Below are positions 31,164 through 44,147 of a stretch of 64,000 nt of DNA, one piece after another. Every line of letters starts with the position of its first letter. The stretch's first letter is position 1. This DNA comes from a virus. Position numbers and translations under genes: made by a program. The notes beneath the pieces were generated by a model. It ran no database searches, was not told where the DNA came from, and worked only from the letters and a program-made list of their open reading frames with translations. Where the stretch lies: positions 32,001 to 96,000 of IMG/VR virus record IMGVR_UViG_3300038468_000190; one strand, 5' to 3'.

Positions 31164-32744
31164 ATGAAGATCGTTGCCGATGACGTCCGTCGCCTGAGTC
31201 TCGAGCCGCTCCGTCCCTTCGTCAGGGATAACCACGAGTTCTACGGGGCGCCGGGCAAGGAGCACTATGCCTTGCTCGCGTACCTGTCGACCCGCGTCAG
31301 CGGCCGGACGATCTTCGACATCGGCACGCACCGAGGCGATTCCGCGATGGCGCTGTCGCTGAATCGAGACAATCGGGTGATCTCGTTCGACCTCGTCGAC
31401 AAGGGAGTTCCGGAGATCCGGCGGCTTCGCGACAACGTGTGCTTTTGCCTCGCCGATCTCTGGGATCCCGCGGTTCGAGAGACATGGAAGAGCCCGCTCC
31501 TTTCGAGCGCGATCATCTCGATCGACATCGATCCGCACGAGGGGCGCCGAGAGCTCGAGTTCGTGGAGTGGCTCATGGCGGAGCAGTACGCAGGCATCGT
31601 CATCTTGGACGACATTTGGTACTTCAAGGACATGCGGGACCGGCTCTGGTCCCGGATCCATGGGGATTTGAAGTGCGACGTGACGCCCATAGGGCACTGG
31701 TCCGGGACGGGCCTCGTATCGCTCTACGAGCACGTGGAGTGCGACGCCGTGCCGAAGCGGCTCTATACCGGCAACTGGACGCTCGTCACGGGCTACTTCG
31801 ATCTCACGACCTTGCCGGACGCGACTCCGGAGATCCAGGCGCGCCCGCCGACTCATTATCTCGACGATCACGCGGGCGGCACGCTCGGCCTCGACCAGAA
31901 CCTCGTCATCTTCACGGAGCCGAAGTACGAACAGAAGATCTGGGACATGCGACCCCGGTGGCTCTGGCCGCGGACAGACGTCGTCGTGAGGTCCTTCGAC
32001 ACATTCCCCATGTGGCCGCATCTCGAGCGCATCATCGAAAACCGAAACGGCCCGGCGTGCGCTCGGGACCGGCGTAATACCGCCTCCTACTACCTCTTTT
32101 GCATGGCGCGGAGCGCGATGCTGAAGAGCGCCATGCGGGTGAATCGGTTCGAGAGCACGCACTTCGGCTGGATCAATATCTGCATCGAGCGGATGGGCTT
32201 TCGTAACCTCGCGCATCTTGCAGGGGCGCTAGCCTGCAATCGGTCGAAGTTCTCGTGCGCTCAGATCGACTACATCCCGAAGAGCGTGCTCGGCTCCCTA
32301 CCGGCGTTCTTCGGCAGAGAAGGCTGCCGTGATCCGCATAGCCCCGAGCGGTCGTCGATGTGTAGCGGCTTCTTTACGGGCGACGTCAAACACATGACCG
32401 AGGTCACGAGCCTCGTGGAAACGAAGTTTCTCGAGTGCCTCGCTCTGGGCTACGGCCACGCCGACGAGCAGCTCTTCGGGCTCGTGCATGCGGACCGCCC
32501 GGGGCTCTTCGATTTGTATCCGGCCGACTACACCGAAATGGTCACGAACTACGCGGCGGTCCACGAGCGGCCGGGCAGTATCCTGAATACCGTCATCGCG
32601 GGGAGCCTCGCTGCCGGCGACAGAGCGGTGACCGAGCGGGCCGTTGCCGCTGTCTGGGACGGTTACGTAGCGGGCAAGTGCCAGCTTACCGATCGAGAGC
32701 TCGAGGCCCTGCTTCACGCCAGGAGTACTTGTACGCCACCATGA
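31164..32744 (+). CDS. SAM methyltransferase fused to an HtrL/YibB(WlaTC)-like glycosyltransferase domain
   Basis: IFDIGTHRGDSA, IDIDPH, ILDDI; then TLVTGYFDL, NRFESTHFGWIN, SGFFTG, GYGHADEQLF. Confidence 0.7.
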   Translation: MKIVADDVRRLSLEPLRPFVRDNHEFYGAPGKEHYALLAYLSTRVSGRTIFDIGTHRGDSAMALSLNRDNRVISFDLVDKGVPEIRRLRDNVCFCLADLWDPAVRETWKSPLLSSAIISIDIDPHEGRRELEFVEWLMAEQYAGIVILDDIWYFKDMRDRLWSRIHGDLKCDVTPIGHWSGTGLVSLYEHVECDAVPKRLYTGNWTLVTGYFDLTTLPDATPEIQARPPTHYLDDHAGGTLGLDQNLVIFTEPKYEQKIWDMRPRWLWPRTDVVVRSFDTFPMWPHLERIIENRNGPACARDRRNTASYYLFCMARSAMLKSAMRVNRFESTHFGWINICIERMGFRNLAHLAGALACNRSKFSCAQIDYIPKSVLGSLPAFFGREGCRDPHSPERSSMCSGFFTGDVKHMTEVTSLVETKFLECLALGYGHADEQLFGLVHADRPGLFDLYPADYTEMVTNYAAVHERPGSILNTVIAGSLAAGDRAVTERAVAAVWDGYVAGKCQLTDRELEALLHARSTCTPP

Positions 32745-33327
32745 GCTCCGACTTCGGGCAGTCGACGACGAAGTAGGGTGCGTCGCCGATGACGTCGAGG
32801 ACGCTCGCCCAGAGCGTCGTGCGTAAGGAGCTCCCGGGCTGAATATCCTCGAGTACGAAGACGCCACCGGGACGGAGGTGAGGCCAGAGGTTCTGGAGCG
32901 TGGACAGTTGCGAGGCCGCGTCGTGGGCGCCGTCGTCGATGACGATGTCCATAATCGGCTGGTCGCTCCGAAAAAATCCGTCGACATCGGTCCTCCGCGT
33001 CGAGTCGCAGAGCGCCGTCTCGATGCGCTCCTCGGAGAATTGCGTGTCCTTCTGTACGTCGAAACCGGTGACCCAGGCCCGCGGAAAGTATTCTCGCCAC
33101 GCTCGGAGCGACGCCCCGGGTCGATAGCCCGGCAGATCGTGGCCGTACATCGAGCTCTCCGCTCCCGGGGTCAACGTGCCGATGCCGATCTCGAGGAGGC
33201 GGACCGGTCGGCTGCGATAGGGCGCAAAAATCTCGCTGTAGGTCCTCGCGTAGCCGTTCTGGCCCTTGTCGGTTCCGTGTCGAGCAAAAAGGGAAATGAG
33301 CTCTAGCTCGAGTGCCGATCCAGGCAT
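32686..33327 (-). CDS. Class I SAM-dependent (sugar O-)methyltransferase
   Basis: TDK..Y...LLEIGI...GASLRAWREYFP...DIVIDDGAH...LRPGGVFVLEDI. Confidence 0.85.
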   Translation of the reverse strand: MPGSALELELISLFARHGTDKGQNGYARTYSEIFAPYRSRPVRLLEIGIGTLTPGAESSMYGHDLPGYRPGASLRAWREYFPRAWVTGFDVQKDTQFSEERIETALCDSTRRTDVDGFFRSDQPIMDIVIDDGAHDAASQLSTLQNLWPHLRPGGVFVLEDIQPGSSLRTTLWASVLDVIGDAPYFVVDCPKSELMVAYKYSWREAGPRALDR

Positions 33328-33340
33328 CGTTGGTTCTCCT

Positions 33341-34153
33341 TTAGTACGAGCTTCGGAGCGCCCGGCAGCGCCGGAGCCCCTCTTCTAAGTTCCCGTCCTC
33401 GAGCGCGCGGACGGCCATGTCGAGGATGAGGGCCTGGCTCCCCCGGACCCGCCGCCAGTTCTCGGCGAGCGAGGGGTGGTCGCCATAGTACGTCTCGAAC
33501 CGCTCCGGGTGCCGGAAGAGGACGCGTCCGATGAGCATCTCGTCCGTCGCGACGTAGCCCAAGTCTAGCGAGAGCTCCCACTCCTTCTCCATCTCGGCGG
33601 CAAGCCATCGGATCTCCGCCGGTCGCGCCGACCAGAGCCCACCGCCGACGGGCCACCAGTGTCGCTCGTAGTAGCGGTCGACGGAGTATCGCGCCGAGCG
33701 GGGCACGTAGGAGATTTCCGAGAGCCGGATCTTCCCCGGCTCGGGAGGCCTCGCGAGGACCTCGTGGAGCGTCTCGCCCTCGCGGTGAGGCAGGCAGAGG
33801 TCGGCCCACGTGAGCACGGCGTCTGCGTTCACTTGGGACGCGGCGTCGACCATCCAGGAAATCCGATGCCGCATGAGGCAGAAGTAGCGCGGCGTGTCCT
33901 TCAGAGGGTCCCATCCGATCCGCGAGTGCTGGAGATTTTGGGTGATGCGATCGATGTCGGAAAAGTCCGGTGCGATGACGGGTACGGTCAATATCCTGCG
34001 GAACGCCGTCCGCTCGATAAAGTCGTCGTCCGCGTAGACGACCATCGACACACCCGCGTGACCGAGGAGCCAGGATGACCGAACGGCCCACTCAGCGGTC
34101 GGCGTGCGTCGCTCCTCGAATTTCTCGAGGTTGTAGAAGCCGGTGACGATCAT
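33341..34153 (-). CDS. HtrL/YibB-like glycosyltransferase
   Basis: MIVTGFYNL...VGGGLW...GYVATDE...YYGDH; paralogous to the C-terminal half of 31164-32744. Confidence 0.65.
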   Translation of the reverse strand: MIVTGFYNLEKFEERRTPTAEWAVRSSWLLGHAGVSMVVYADDDFIERTAFRRILTVPVIAPDFSDIDRITQNLQHSRIGWDPLKDTPRYFCLMRHRISWMVDAASQVNADAVLTWADLCLPHREGETLHEVLARPPEPGKIRLSEISYVPRSARYSVDRYYERHWWPVGGGLWSARPAEIRWLAAEMEKEWELSLDLGYVATDEMLIGRVLFRHPERFETYYGDHPSLAENWRRVRGSQALILDMAVRALEDGNLEEGLRRCRALRSSY

Positions 34154-36228
34154 GGCCATTGCCGGATGCTCCGGAGCACCAGCTCGACATCGAACGTCGC
34201 CCAGCGCGCTTCTCTGTCCTCGACGCCGTAGGTCGCGATGAGCCGGCGGCCGAGTTTCGCGAGTCCGCAGCAGTACTCGACGCCTGCGTGATCGAAGTAC
34301 CAGGGGAGCGACACGCCGACCACGGTCGGGACGTCGCCTTCGAGGAGCACCCAGCGGTGGCCGTAGATCGAGTATTCCCAGCTCGCCGTATTGGGCATGT
34401 ACGCCGTCTCGTGGACGACAGCGAGCCACCGATTGCGAGAGATCTGTACGGGCGAAGAGCTCCCCTTGAAGCGAGCGAGGCGCCGGGCGGGCGTGTAACG
34501 CCGAAACTCTTGGCAGGCTCCGGTCTCCGTGTCGACTTCGACGATCACGAACGGGTCCCACGAATAGATGACAAGGAGCGTCCGCTGTCCGACGTTGCCC
34601 TCGATGGACCACGGGACCCAGTTTTTCTCGCGTGCACCGTCGTGCTTCTGACCGTAGTCGAGCGTCTTCAATTCCGCGACGCTCCGGAGGTCGTCGCTCA
34701 TGCGACCGAGGACGACTCGCGGCCAGCCGCCCGCGCCCGGCGTTTGGCAGCTCGTCGCCGTAAACCAGAGCGCCCCGTTGTGCCGTACCCAGCGCTTGTC
34801 TTCGAGCCCCCGGATACGCGTGAGCTCCCATTCGGCAGGGAGCGTCTCCTCGATTTCTACTGCGTCGCTCGTCACGACGAGTGCGTCGTCATTGAGCTCG
34901 GCTTCCGAGACGGCGCCGCGCGTGAGAAACGTCCCCCCGTGCGGGTCGTAGTAGCGGCCGTTTCTTTGGGTGTAGTTCACGAGGCGAAGGTGCACATCGA
35001 AGGAGTTATAGGCCTTCGCGGCCGGCGCGATCGTTGGGTTGGTCGCGACGTACGGCAGCCCGTATTTGTCGTCGAGTCCCGCCGGCACGGGGAAGGTCCC
35101 CTTCCCGAGGCTCGGAAACTCCGACAGGTAAAAGGTCTGATTGCACGCGAAGTGATCGTAGCGATCGGCCGATTCGCCGCGGCGAAGAACGAGCTTCTCG
35201 GCCGCTTCGGCTCCTATCGCTCGGCCTCCGACGGCGTAATAGCCGACGATCGAGGTCTCGTAGAGCGGCTCCTTGTCGTTGGCATCGGATTCGACGAAGA
35301 GCTTATCGCCCGAGCGCGGGAGCGCCCTCGCCCTCTCCGCGAACATGAACGCGAGGTTGTTCTTCCCTGCCAGCCGAAAGTGCGTCGCGAGGCGCGAGAG
35401 GGGCTCGGCTCGATGGGGCCGTTCCTCGTGGGCGCGAAGGAGCGCGGCCATACCGGCATCCTCCTCTCCTAGCGCGAGGAGCGCGCGCCCGATCTTGTAG
35501 AGCGAATACCAGATTTCTTCGTCCCAGCCGCCGAGGAGGCGCCGCCGCGTGTAAAAGGGGATGGCCTTTGCGAACTCGCCGATGTCGAAATACGATTGAG
35601 CGAGGTAGAAGAGGTAGCGCACGTTGTTCGGCTCGGTCTCGAGCCCCTCGGTGAGCAGGCGAATGTCCCGTGCGGTCTTGTCTCCCTTGGCTCCTCCGTC
35701 GCCTATGTCCTGGATCCAAAGGTGCGGCATTGGCGTCGGTGTGCAGTTGGGCTCGGGGCTCCAGTACTCGTGCGTGACGCCGACGCTCGTCCACTTGTGC
35801 GACAGTCGGCAGAGCCGGGTGTTCGACCAGCGGAGATCTCCCGTCCGCTGTTCGACCTCGTACCAGGGCTCGGTGAGCTTCTGTCGGTCGAAGAGCCCGG
35901 TCGAGTGCAGGATCATGTCCGCGTCGAGGCAGAGCATGTAGGTCCGCGCTGGGGGCCAGTATATGGCGGCTCGCTCGGCGGCTCGCTCGGCGGCCCGGGT
36001 GCGGTTATGGCCAAAGTTTCGCCACGGGTCGTGCCACACGACGGTCCGAAGGTTGTGCGCTCGGCCGAAGTCTTCGATCTTCTTGACGGTGTCGTCGGTC
36101 GAGCCGGTATCGGCCACGAACACCGCGCTCAAGAGCGGCCGCGCGCTCTCGAGGCATCGCTCGATGACGCGCGACTCGTTCTTGACGATCATGGATAGGA
36201 CAAGGCGGATCTCTAGGTCGTCGGACAT
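34150..36228 (-). CDS. GT2 glycosyltransferase + TPR + beta-propeller (GH130-like) protein
   Basis: MIVKNESRVIERCL, DTGSTDDT, LDAD, GVTHEY; TPR RYLFYLAQSY; GLEDKR, EKNWVP, VEYCCG. Confidence 0.85.
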   Translation of the reverse strand: MSDDLEIRLVLSMIVKNESRVIERCLESARPLLSAVFVADTGSTDDTVKKIEDFGRAHNLRTVVWHDPWRNFGHNRTRAAERAAERAAIYWPPARTYMLCLDADMILHSTGLFDRQKLTEPWYEVEQRTGDLRWSNTRLCRLSHKWTSVGVTHEYWSPEPNCTPTPMPHLWIQDIGDGGAKGDKTARDIRLLTEGLETEPNNVRYLFYLAQSYFDIGEFAKAIPFYTRRRLLGGWDEEIWYSLYKIGRALLALGEEDAGMAALLRAHEERPHRAEPLSRLATHFRLAGKNNLAFMFAERARALPRSGDKLFVESDANDKEPLYETSIVGYYAVGGRAIGAEAAEKLVLRRGESADRYDHFACNQTFYLSEFPSLGKGTFPVPAGLDDKYGLPYVATNPTIAPAAKAYNSFDVHLRLVNYTQRNGRYYDPHGGTFLTRGAVSEAELNDDALVVTSDAVEIEETLPAEWELTRIRGLEDKRWVRHNGALWFTATSCQTPGAGGWPRVVLGRMSDDLRSVAELKTLDYGQKHDGAREKNWVPWSIEGNVGQRTLLVIYSWDPFVIVEVDTETGACQEFRRYTPARRLARFKGSSSPVQISRNRWLAVVHETAYMPNTASWEYSIYGHRWVLLEGDVPTVVGVSLPWYFDHAGVEYCCGLAKLGRRLIATYGVEDREARWATFDVELVLRSIRQWP

Positions 36229-36327
36229 GTGTAGCTCCCGGGCAAATCTAAGCCCAGATCCGGTCGCCGGGCGAGCCCTTTCAGGCTGGGCTTCCCTTGC
36301 TCGCTTAACCGGGCTATTCTCGTCAGC

Positions 36328-36774
36328 ATGTTCGGGTCGTCAGCGGACGTATTCGAGAACATCCCGCCTGAAGTCACTCGCGAGTCTGGCCCCCCGGCCC
36401 CGGCTGGCGTCGGTGCGACGCCCGACGGCCTAGGCATGCAGGGCATGGGAGCGTACGCCACGGCGATGAGCGGCAAGGTCGACTTCCTCGAGCCCGGCGA
36501 CGCGTCGCCCGAAGCGGCTCTTCGGAGCGCGGGGCTCGTGTCGCTCGCCGCGGCAGTCGCTTTCGGAGCGGGACTCGCGCTCGGCGGAGGCTGGGGCGCG
36601 ATAAGCGGCATCATGCTCTCGGGCTCCGGCTTCAACATTTACCGAGCGCAGAAGTGGTGGGGCTCGCCCGAGCCGAGCGAGAAACACGAAGCGGTCGTCT
36701 CGGCGATCTTCGGCGCGATTGGTCTCGCTGCCGGCGGCTACTCGGCATACAAGGCCTACCAGGCGAAAGGTTAG
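36328..36774 (+). CDS. Membrane protein
   Basis: Two to three Gly/Ala-rich hydrophobic segments. Confidence 0.6.
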   Translation: MFGSSADVFENIPPEVTRESGPPAPAGVGATPDGLGMQGMGAYATAMSGKVDFLEPGDASPEAALRSAGLVSLAAAVAFGAGLALGGGWGAISGIMLSGSGFNIYRAQKWWGSPEPSEKHEAVVSAIFGAIGLAAGGYSAYKAYQAKG

Positions 36775-36775
36775 T

Positions 36776-38943
<2,168 letters not shown>

Positions 38944-38954
38944 TCGACAATGAG

Positions 38955-40484
38955 ATGACGATCAGGGCTGAAACGGGCACTTCTGGGCGAGGTACGCCGC
39001 GCGTCCCGCCGGGTGCCAGCGCCACGGGACTGACCTTCGACAGCCCGCAGGATCTTGCCGCCTATAACGCGACTGCGTTGCCGCATGACTCGGTCGTCGA
39101 GGTCGGCGTGGTGCACGACTCGTATCGTTACATCCCGTCGCCGAGCGCCGAGCTTCTAGCAGCCGTAGATGGCTTGAACGTCATCGCGCCTGTCGCGCCC
39201 GCAGGTGCGGTATTCGAGCGGCTCTATCTGCCTAATCAGGTAGCTTGGTACCAGACAGCGTGGACGATCGATCCGGTAGCGGGTGACGACCGCAACGCCG
39301 GCACGGCTCTGTCGCCGCTCAGGACGCTGAACGAGTGGGCTACCCGCATGCAGAACGGGGTCGTACAGCAGGACGTCACCGTCACCGTCCTTGCCGGCAC
39401 CGCCAACACGAAGCCGATCTACCTCCGCATTCGGATCAGCTACGCGGCGAGCGCGATCATTCGAATCGTCGGCACGGTCACTCCTGATGCCGGCCACACG
39501 GTGACGGCCGTCACGGCGAGCGTTCCGACGACTTCCGCCGGAACGAACGTGCGCGGATTCATCTCGAGCGCAGACGCTTTCACGGACAAGTCGCGCATTC
39601 GGTTCACGTCCGGCGCTCGGAGCGGCTACACGTGCCAGGTAACGGGCTTCAACGTCGTCAACACGTCGGCGTTCATATCGACCCCGGGCATCCTCTCGAA
39701 CCTTCACCCGCCGAACTCTATCTCTCCGGCCACGGGGTTTCCGGCGATCAACGACACCTACGTCGTCGACACGTTGAACACCATCGTCGACACGACCGAC
39801 ATGAACATCGAGGTCGACGGATCTGGTCGATTGATCTTCGAGGACGTGAATCTCAGAAACATCTCGAACCCGCAAAACCTCATCGTTTGTCGCGGCGCAA
39901 ACCCTGGGAACTTCGGTTCGTCCGTTCTTTTCTACAACTGTATCGCCCCGAGCGGCGCAGAGGTCATCTGGCTTTCGGACTCCGAGTGCTCGTTCGTCAA
40001 CTGCGCGTTCGACGCCTTCTTCGCGTCGGCCAATAACTCGGTCGTCTTCATGCGCACGTGCGTGTTCCGTCTCTTGAGCGGCAGCGGCCTATCGTGTCAA
40101 GCCGTCGAGGGCGGCTACATCCAATTCTCGAGCCCGAATTGCTTCGACGGCGCCGGGATCAATATCGACGACGGATTCATGGAGTTCAACAGCGGCGACG
40201 CGCAGTGGTGCGACGGGCCTGGAGGAACCGGCCTTCAGACCTTCGGCAAGGTGTACGTGCACAGCGGCTTTCTCATCTGGGGCGGCAGCGCCAACAGCGG
40301 GAACAACTTTGCGCGCTTCCTTCGAGTCTTCTCGGGCGGCGGTATCTATTCGACGACAGGCGCAGCGCCGACAGTCGGCCCGAACGTCACGAGCGATGTT
40401 TTGGTCGGTAACTTTGCCACCAGCTACGCCGCTATTCCGTACGTCAACGCCACGAATCTGGCGGCGTACACCACGATCGCTTGA
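38955..40484 (+). CDS. Beta-helix-like spike/fibre protein
   Basis: IDPVAGDDRNAGTALSPLRTL motif followed by Asn/Cys/Gly-rich beta repeats. Confidence 0.65.
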   Translation: MTIRAETGTSGRGTPRVPPGASATGLTFDSPQDLAAYNATALPHDSVVEVGVVHDSYRYIPSPSAELLAAVDGLNVIAPVAPAGAVFERLYLPNQVAWYQTAWTIDPVAGDDRNAGTALSPLRTLNEWATRMQNGVVQQDVTVTVLAGTANTKPIYLRIRISYAASAIIRIVGTVTPDAGHTVTAVTASVPTTSAGTNVRGFISSADAFTDKSRIRFTSGARSGYTCQVTGFNVVNTSAFISTPGILSNLHPPNSISPATGFPAINDTYVVDTLNTIVDTTDMNIEVDGSGRLIFEDVNLRNISNPQNLIVCRGANPGNFGSSVLFYNCIAPSGAEVIWLSDSECSFVNCAFDAFFASANNSVVFMRTCVFRLLSGSGLSCQAVEGGYIQFSSPNCFDGAGINIDDGFMEFNSGDAQWCDGPGGTGLQTFGKVYVHSGFLIWGGSANSGNNFARFLRVFSGGGIYSTTGAAPTVGPNVTSDVLVGNFATSYAAIPYVNATNLAAYTTIA

Positions 40485-40495
40485 CGGGCTAGCCC

Positions 40496-41002
40496 ATGTC
40501 TTCGACGCGCATAGGTAACGGAGTGGACATCGAGGCGTCGGCGGCCCCGGCCGTGAGCGGAGCCAGCGTTGCGCGCATCTACTTCGATTCGACGACGTTG
40601 CAGCTCATGCTGTCGCAGAACGCGGCGCCGTTTCAGTACATGCTCGCCGACGGCGCGTACTGGGGGTTCAATGCGCCTGGCAATAACGCCTTCGGCACAC
40701 CGTTCCAGGCCGTCAACGCCGCTGCCGAGATCAACGGGCAATGGGCAGTTCCGAAGGACGGCACCCTCGCAGGGCTTGCGATCCGCGCACTCAACGCGAA
40801 CTTCTCTGCGGCAGGAAACTGCACACTAAATGTCGGCGGCGTACCGTCCACGCTCGTCGCCGCGTACGCCGGCACAGGCAACCTGTTCGCCGACGACACG
40901 CACTTGGTGCAAGTCGTGCGCGGGGATTTGATCTCGATCCAGGTATCGGCGGCGCTCACGAACAACCCGATCTTTGCGAGCGTTCTCCTTTTACCGCGCT
41001 GA
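40496..41002 (+). CDS. Putative virion surface protein, paralog A
   Basis: GTLAGLAIRALNANFSAAG...VRGDLISIQ...ALTN. Confidence 0.6.
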   Translation: MSSTRIGNGVDIEASAAPAVSGASVARIYFDSTTLQLMLSQNAAPFQYMLADGAYWGFNAPGNNAFGTPFQAVNAAAEINGQWAVPKDGTLAGLAIRALNANFSAAGNCTLNVGGVPSTLVAAYAGTGNLFADDTHLVQVVRGDLISIQVSAALTNNPIFASVLLLPR

Positions 41003-41006
41003 AACC

Positions 41007-41528
41007 ATGGGCACGCGACTCCAAGTGATCGACTGGCCGAACAACGGCGGCGGTATCCCTACGGGTGTCTCTGTCGCCGGAGACGCGCGCATGAATCTCG
41101 CGAACGCGCCGAGAGAGCTCTTTATCTCCCAAAACGGATACCCCACGAACGAGGTCATGCTCGGCTTTCCGCTGTCGTGGGGCGCCGATAACCCGGCGAA
41201 CAACTCGTTTTTGGGGCATTGGGATTTCTTGGAAAACGCGGTCGAACTCGGTACGAGAATTCCAGCACCGTTTCGCGGAACGATCTACAGGCTATCTGTG
41301 CGCGCGCTCGACGCCAACTGGAGCGCTGCGGGCCGCATTTTCACCATACGGAAAAACGCCGTCTCGGCCGGCATCGCATCCAACGCAACCGCTACGAACA
41401 CGAACCTGGTCGGCAACACCGCGACAGCGACGACATTCGTTCGAGGAGACGCGCTCTCGATTCAACTCACCGGCGGAGCCCTCACGAACCGAATCTGGGC
41501 TACGGTCTTTCTCGTCCCAACCGGCTGA
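41007..41528 (+). CDS. Putative virion surface protein, paralog B
   Basis: GTIYRLSVRALDANWSAAG...VRGDALSIQ...ALTN. Confidence 0.6.
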   Translation: MGTRLQVIDWPNNGGGIPTGVSVAGDARMNLANAPRELFISQNGYPTNEVMLGFPLSWGADNPANNSFLGHWDFLENAVELGTRIPAPFRGTIYRLSVRALDANWSAAGRIFTIRKNAVSAGIASNATATNTNLVGNTATATTFVRGDALSIQLTGGALTNRIWATVFLVPTG

Positions 41529-41917
41529 AAAGGCGAAAAACATGGATCCGCACGTGAATGGCCCTGCAATCACCCCACGCGGTGAAGTCGCGCCCGGCGC
41601 CTACTACTTCTACAACCGCGGACGGGCCGAAGCGGTGCCGCTAGCGCTCGTCGACATCGGCGACGAGCTCTGGATTGCCCTGCCCGGCAGCCGCTTACGT
41701 TTTACCGGCTGGGCTGTCGTCTCCGTTAGTGTCGGCGCAAAGTTCCCCATCGAGCCTGGCACCGTCGCGCCTGTGTCGGCGCACGGCAAGCAATGGATGG
41801 TCTTCGAACGCGCGCCTGGGGATACGTTAGTGCTCGAGATCGTTGAGCTGTCTTGACGTAATGTTTGCGCTTGTACGATAATCCTCTACGTAATCAGAAA
41901 GCCAAGCGGTAACGAAC

Positions 41918-42655
41918 ATGTCGCGCTACGGAAGCATCGTCTTGGGATTGGGAGCGAGCACGACGCGCGTCGTCCGGGCGACCGATCCTGCCATCCTCGA
42001 GTCGCTCGTGAACCAACAAATCACGGCACTCGGCGGGGGCTTTACGATCGTTGCTCTGACGCTGGCAGGTGCCGGTAACGGGCAAGCGTTCACGGTCACG
42101 ATCGAGGCTGGGGCGGCGGCGGCTGTCCTAGGCGGGTTTCTTGCGCCGCCGACTGTTCGGTGCGTAGCCGGATCGGATCCCGAGGCGCTTCGTGCCGGAC
42201 TCGAGTCGAAGATCACGGCTCCCGGGACGCTCGCCGACGTGCAGGTCGCCGGTAGCTCTGCCGGCAACTACTTCATGGCGATGGCGGTCTTCGGGAGCCT
42301 GCTGGCGACGGGGGCAGCGGGACCTACGGAAACACGCTCGAACAAAGGCATGCCGGCCCTGACGACCGTCAACGACGGCGATCAGGGATGCGCAACGGCC
42401 GTGACGACGACGCCGGCGGCGTCGAGCGCGGCGGGAGGCTACGTCGGCGCCCGCGTGAACGGTGTCGGCGCGACGACCGGCGACGGCACGACGGTCGGAG
42501 TCATGTGTTACTTCTCCGGGACCGGCGGAGCGACCGCGCGAGCGATGAAGGACATCGTCGCGGGCGACACCTTCCACTGGAATCAGTCCGTCGCCGGCTA
42601 CAACCTCGACGCCGCGACGGACATCATCGACTACATGTACGGCGTGGACAGCTAA
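41918..42655 (+). CDS. Paralog-family protein with a distinct C-terminal domain
   Basis: MSRYG start and LAGAGNGQAFTVTIEAG closely match the collagen protein N-terminus. Confidence 0.7.
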   Translation: MSRYGSIVLGLGASTTRVVRATDPAILESLVNQQITALGGGFTIVALTLAGAGNGQAFTVTIEAGAAAAVLGGFLAPPTVRCVAGSDPEALRAGLESKITAPGTLADVQVAGSSAGNYFMAMAVFGSLLATGAAGPTETRSNKGMPALTTVNDGDQGCATAVTTTPAASSAAGGYVGARVNGVGATTGDGTTVGVMCYFSGTGGATARAMKDIVAGDTFHWNQSVAGYNLDAATDIIDYMYGVDS

Positions 42656-42674
42656 TAGCTCGGCAAGGTTTGCG

Positions 42675-44147
42675 ATGCCGCCCATCCTTGTAAACCCAGC
42701 GCAGCTGGATCCGAATCAGATAGGCACGTCTCTGGGTATGGTGCAGCCGAAGCAGGTGCGCGCGCTCGCGCCGACGCTCGCCATGCTTGATCTCACGCAG
42801 ACCACGGGCTCCATCGTTGCGTTCGATACGCTCCGCGCGACTGCAACTACGACCGATGACGAGGACAAGCACGTCACAACAGGCGTGGACCTCTACGACG
42901 ACAGCGGGGCGACGTTCGTTGCGTCGATGCTCGAGGGCCCGGCTGGCACATGGACCGTCACGGTCGCTGCCGTAACCGAGGGTGCGCACAATTACATCGC
43001 ACGTCGGAGTTTTGCGTCTGGAACGACCGATAGCCCCGTGCAGTCGCTCACGGCGCTAGGGCCACTCGCACCCAACGAGGTGACCTCGGCGACGCTTCTT
43101 GCCTGGTATCGATGTCCGGAATCGATCGAGATGCATACGCAGCTCCGTGGAACGAACACGGTGACAATCGCGTCCGCGTCGACCCTTATCGGTCGCACGG
43201 AAAACGTCATCCTTATCATTCAAGCCGGAGGTCTTCCGGGTACAGGAACCTTCCTTTCGTATATCGACGGTGGTGGCACTCCGCTAGAGGGAGCGCCGGT
43301 GACTATCCCCACGGCTCCCGGAACCTACACCCTTCCGGGAACCGATTTGACCGTGACGTTCCAGCAAGGCGTCTCCTACGGCGCCGGTACCGGGTACAGG
43401 GGCATCGTCTCGAAGTTTCTGGACAAGGTCGGCGCTTACCCAAACTCGACGAACAACTTCATCAACGATGGAACGAGTCCCAGCAACGATTCTCGTCCGC
43501 GCATTGCTGCCACGAACAACAGCGCAAGCACGCTCGGTGGAATCAACATGCTTGGCGCAACGGCTGTGCGATTCGATCCTCTCCTCGGCCAAAACGGTTT
43601 CATGTGGTGCACCGCCGGAAGCATCGCGACCGCTTTCAGCGGAGCCGATGTACCGTTTGGGTTTTTCATGGTCGTAAGCGTCGGCCAAGCGCACATCCCG
43701 ACCGTTGCCGGACAGAAAAGATGTTTCTACGACGTCTCGAATTTGACTGACGCGGATGTGCCGAGAATCTCGATGAATTGTCAGTTGGCTGCGACTGCTC
43801 AGACGGGCCTGTTCAACCCGCAAAAAGTTGGCGATACGGGTACGAACAAAAACAACGTGTCCGGCGGCGGGCTCTTTGCCGAGGTCTATTTATTGGAGGA
43901 CACTTTCGACGGAAGCCTTCGAAAGGTCGTGGCAAATGCGGCTGACCAGCTCGGCGGCGATGCCGGCCCACCGGTAGACCAGAGTGGGCTCACGATCACG
44001 ACGACGCGTTTCGTCATCGGCCAGCGCCAAGATCAAGCGGGGAAAAACGACGCGGGAACCTTCGACCTGGGCGAATTCGTCATTTTCGATGGTCCGATAA
44101 CCGATGAGCTCGAGCTCTGGCAGCACCGGGCTTACTACCTCACATGA
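42675..44147 (+). CDS. Ig-like plus LamG/ConA-like putative adhesin or fibre
   Basis: GTWTVT..EGAHNY Ig-like segment; LLAWY ... FDLGEFVIFDG LamG-like ends. Confidence 0.55.
   Translation: MPPILVNPAQLDPNQIGTSLGMVQPKQVRALAPTLAMLDLTQTTGSIVAFDTLRATATTTDDEDKHVTTGVDLYDDSGATFVASMLEGPAGTWTVTVAAVTEGAHNYIARRSFASGTTDSPVQSLTALGPLAPNEVTSATLLAWYRCPESIEMHTQLRGTNTVTIASASTLIGRTENVILIIQAGGLPGTGTFLSYIDGGGTPLEGAPVTIPTAPGTYTLPGTDLTVTFQQGVSYGAGTGYRGIVSKFLDKVGAYPNSTNNFINDGTSPSNDSRPRIAATNNSASTLGGINMLGATAVRFDPLLGQNGFMWCTAGSIATAFSGADVPFGFFMVVSVGQAHIPTVAGQKRCFYDVSNLTDADVPRISMNCQLAATAQTGLFNPQKVGDTGTNKNNVSGGGLFAEVYLLEDTFDGSLRKVVANAADQLGGDAGPPVDQSGLTITTTRFVIGQRQDQAGKNDAGTFDLGEFVIFDGPITDELELWQHRAYYLT

Larger units (their letters stand above)
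21799..31167 (+). other. Accessory region of many short coupled ORFs, many Cys-rich
   Basis: Dense same-strand ORFs of about 45-220 aa with overlapping stops and starts. Confidence 0.6.
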
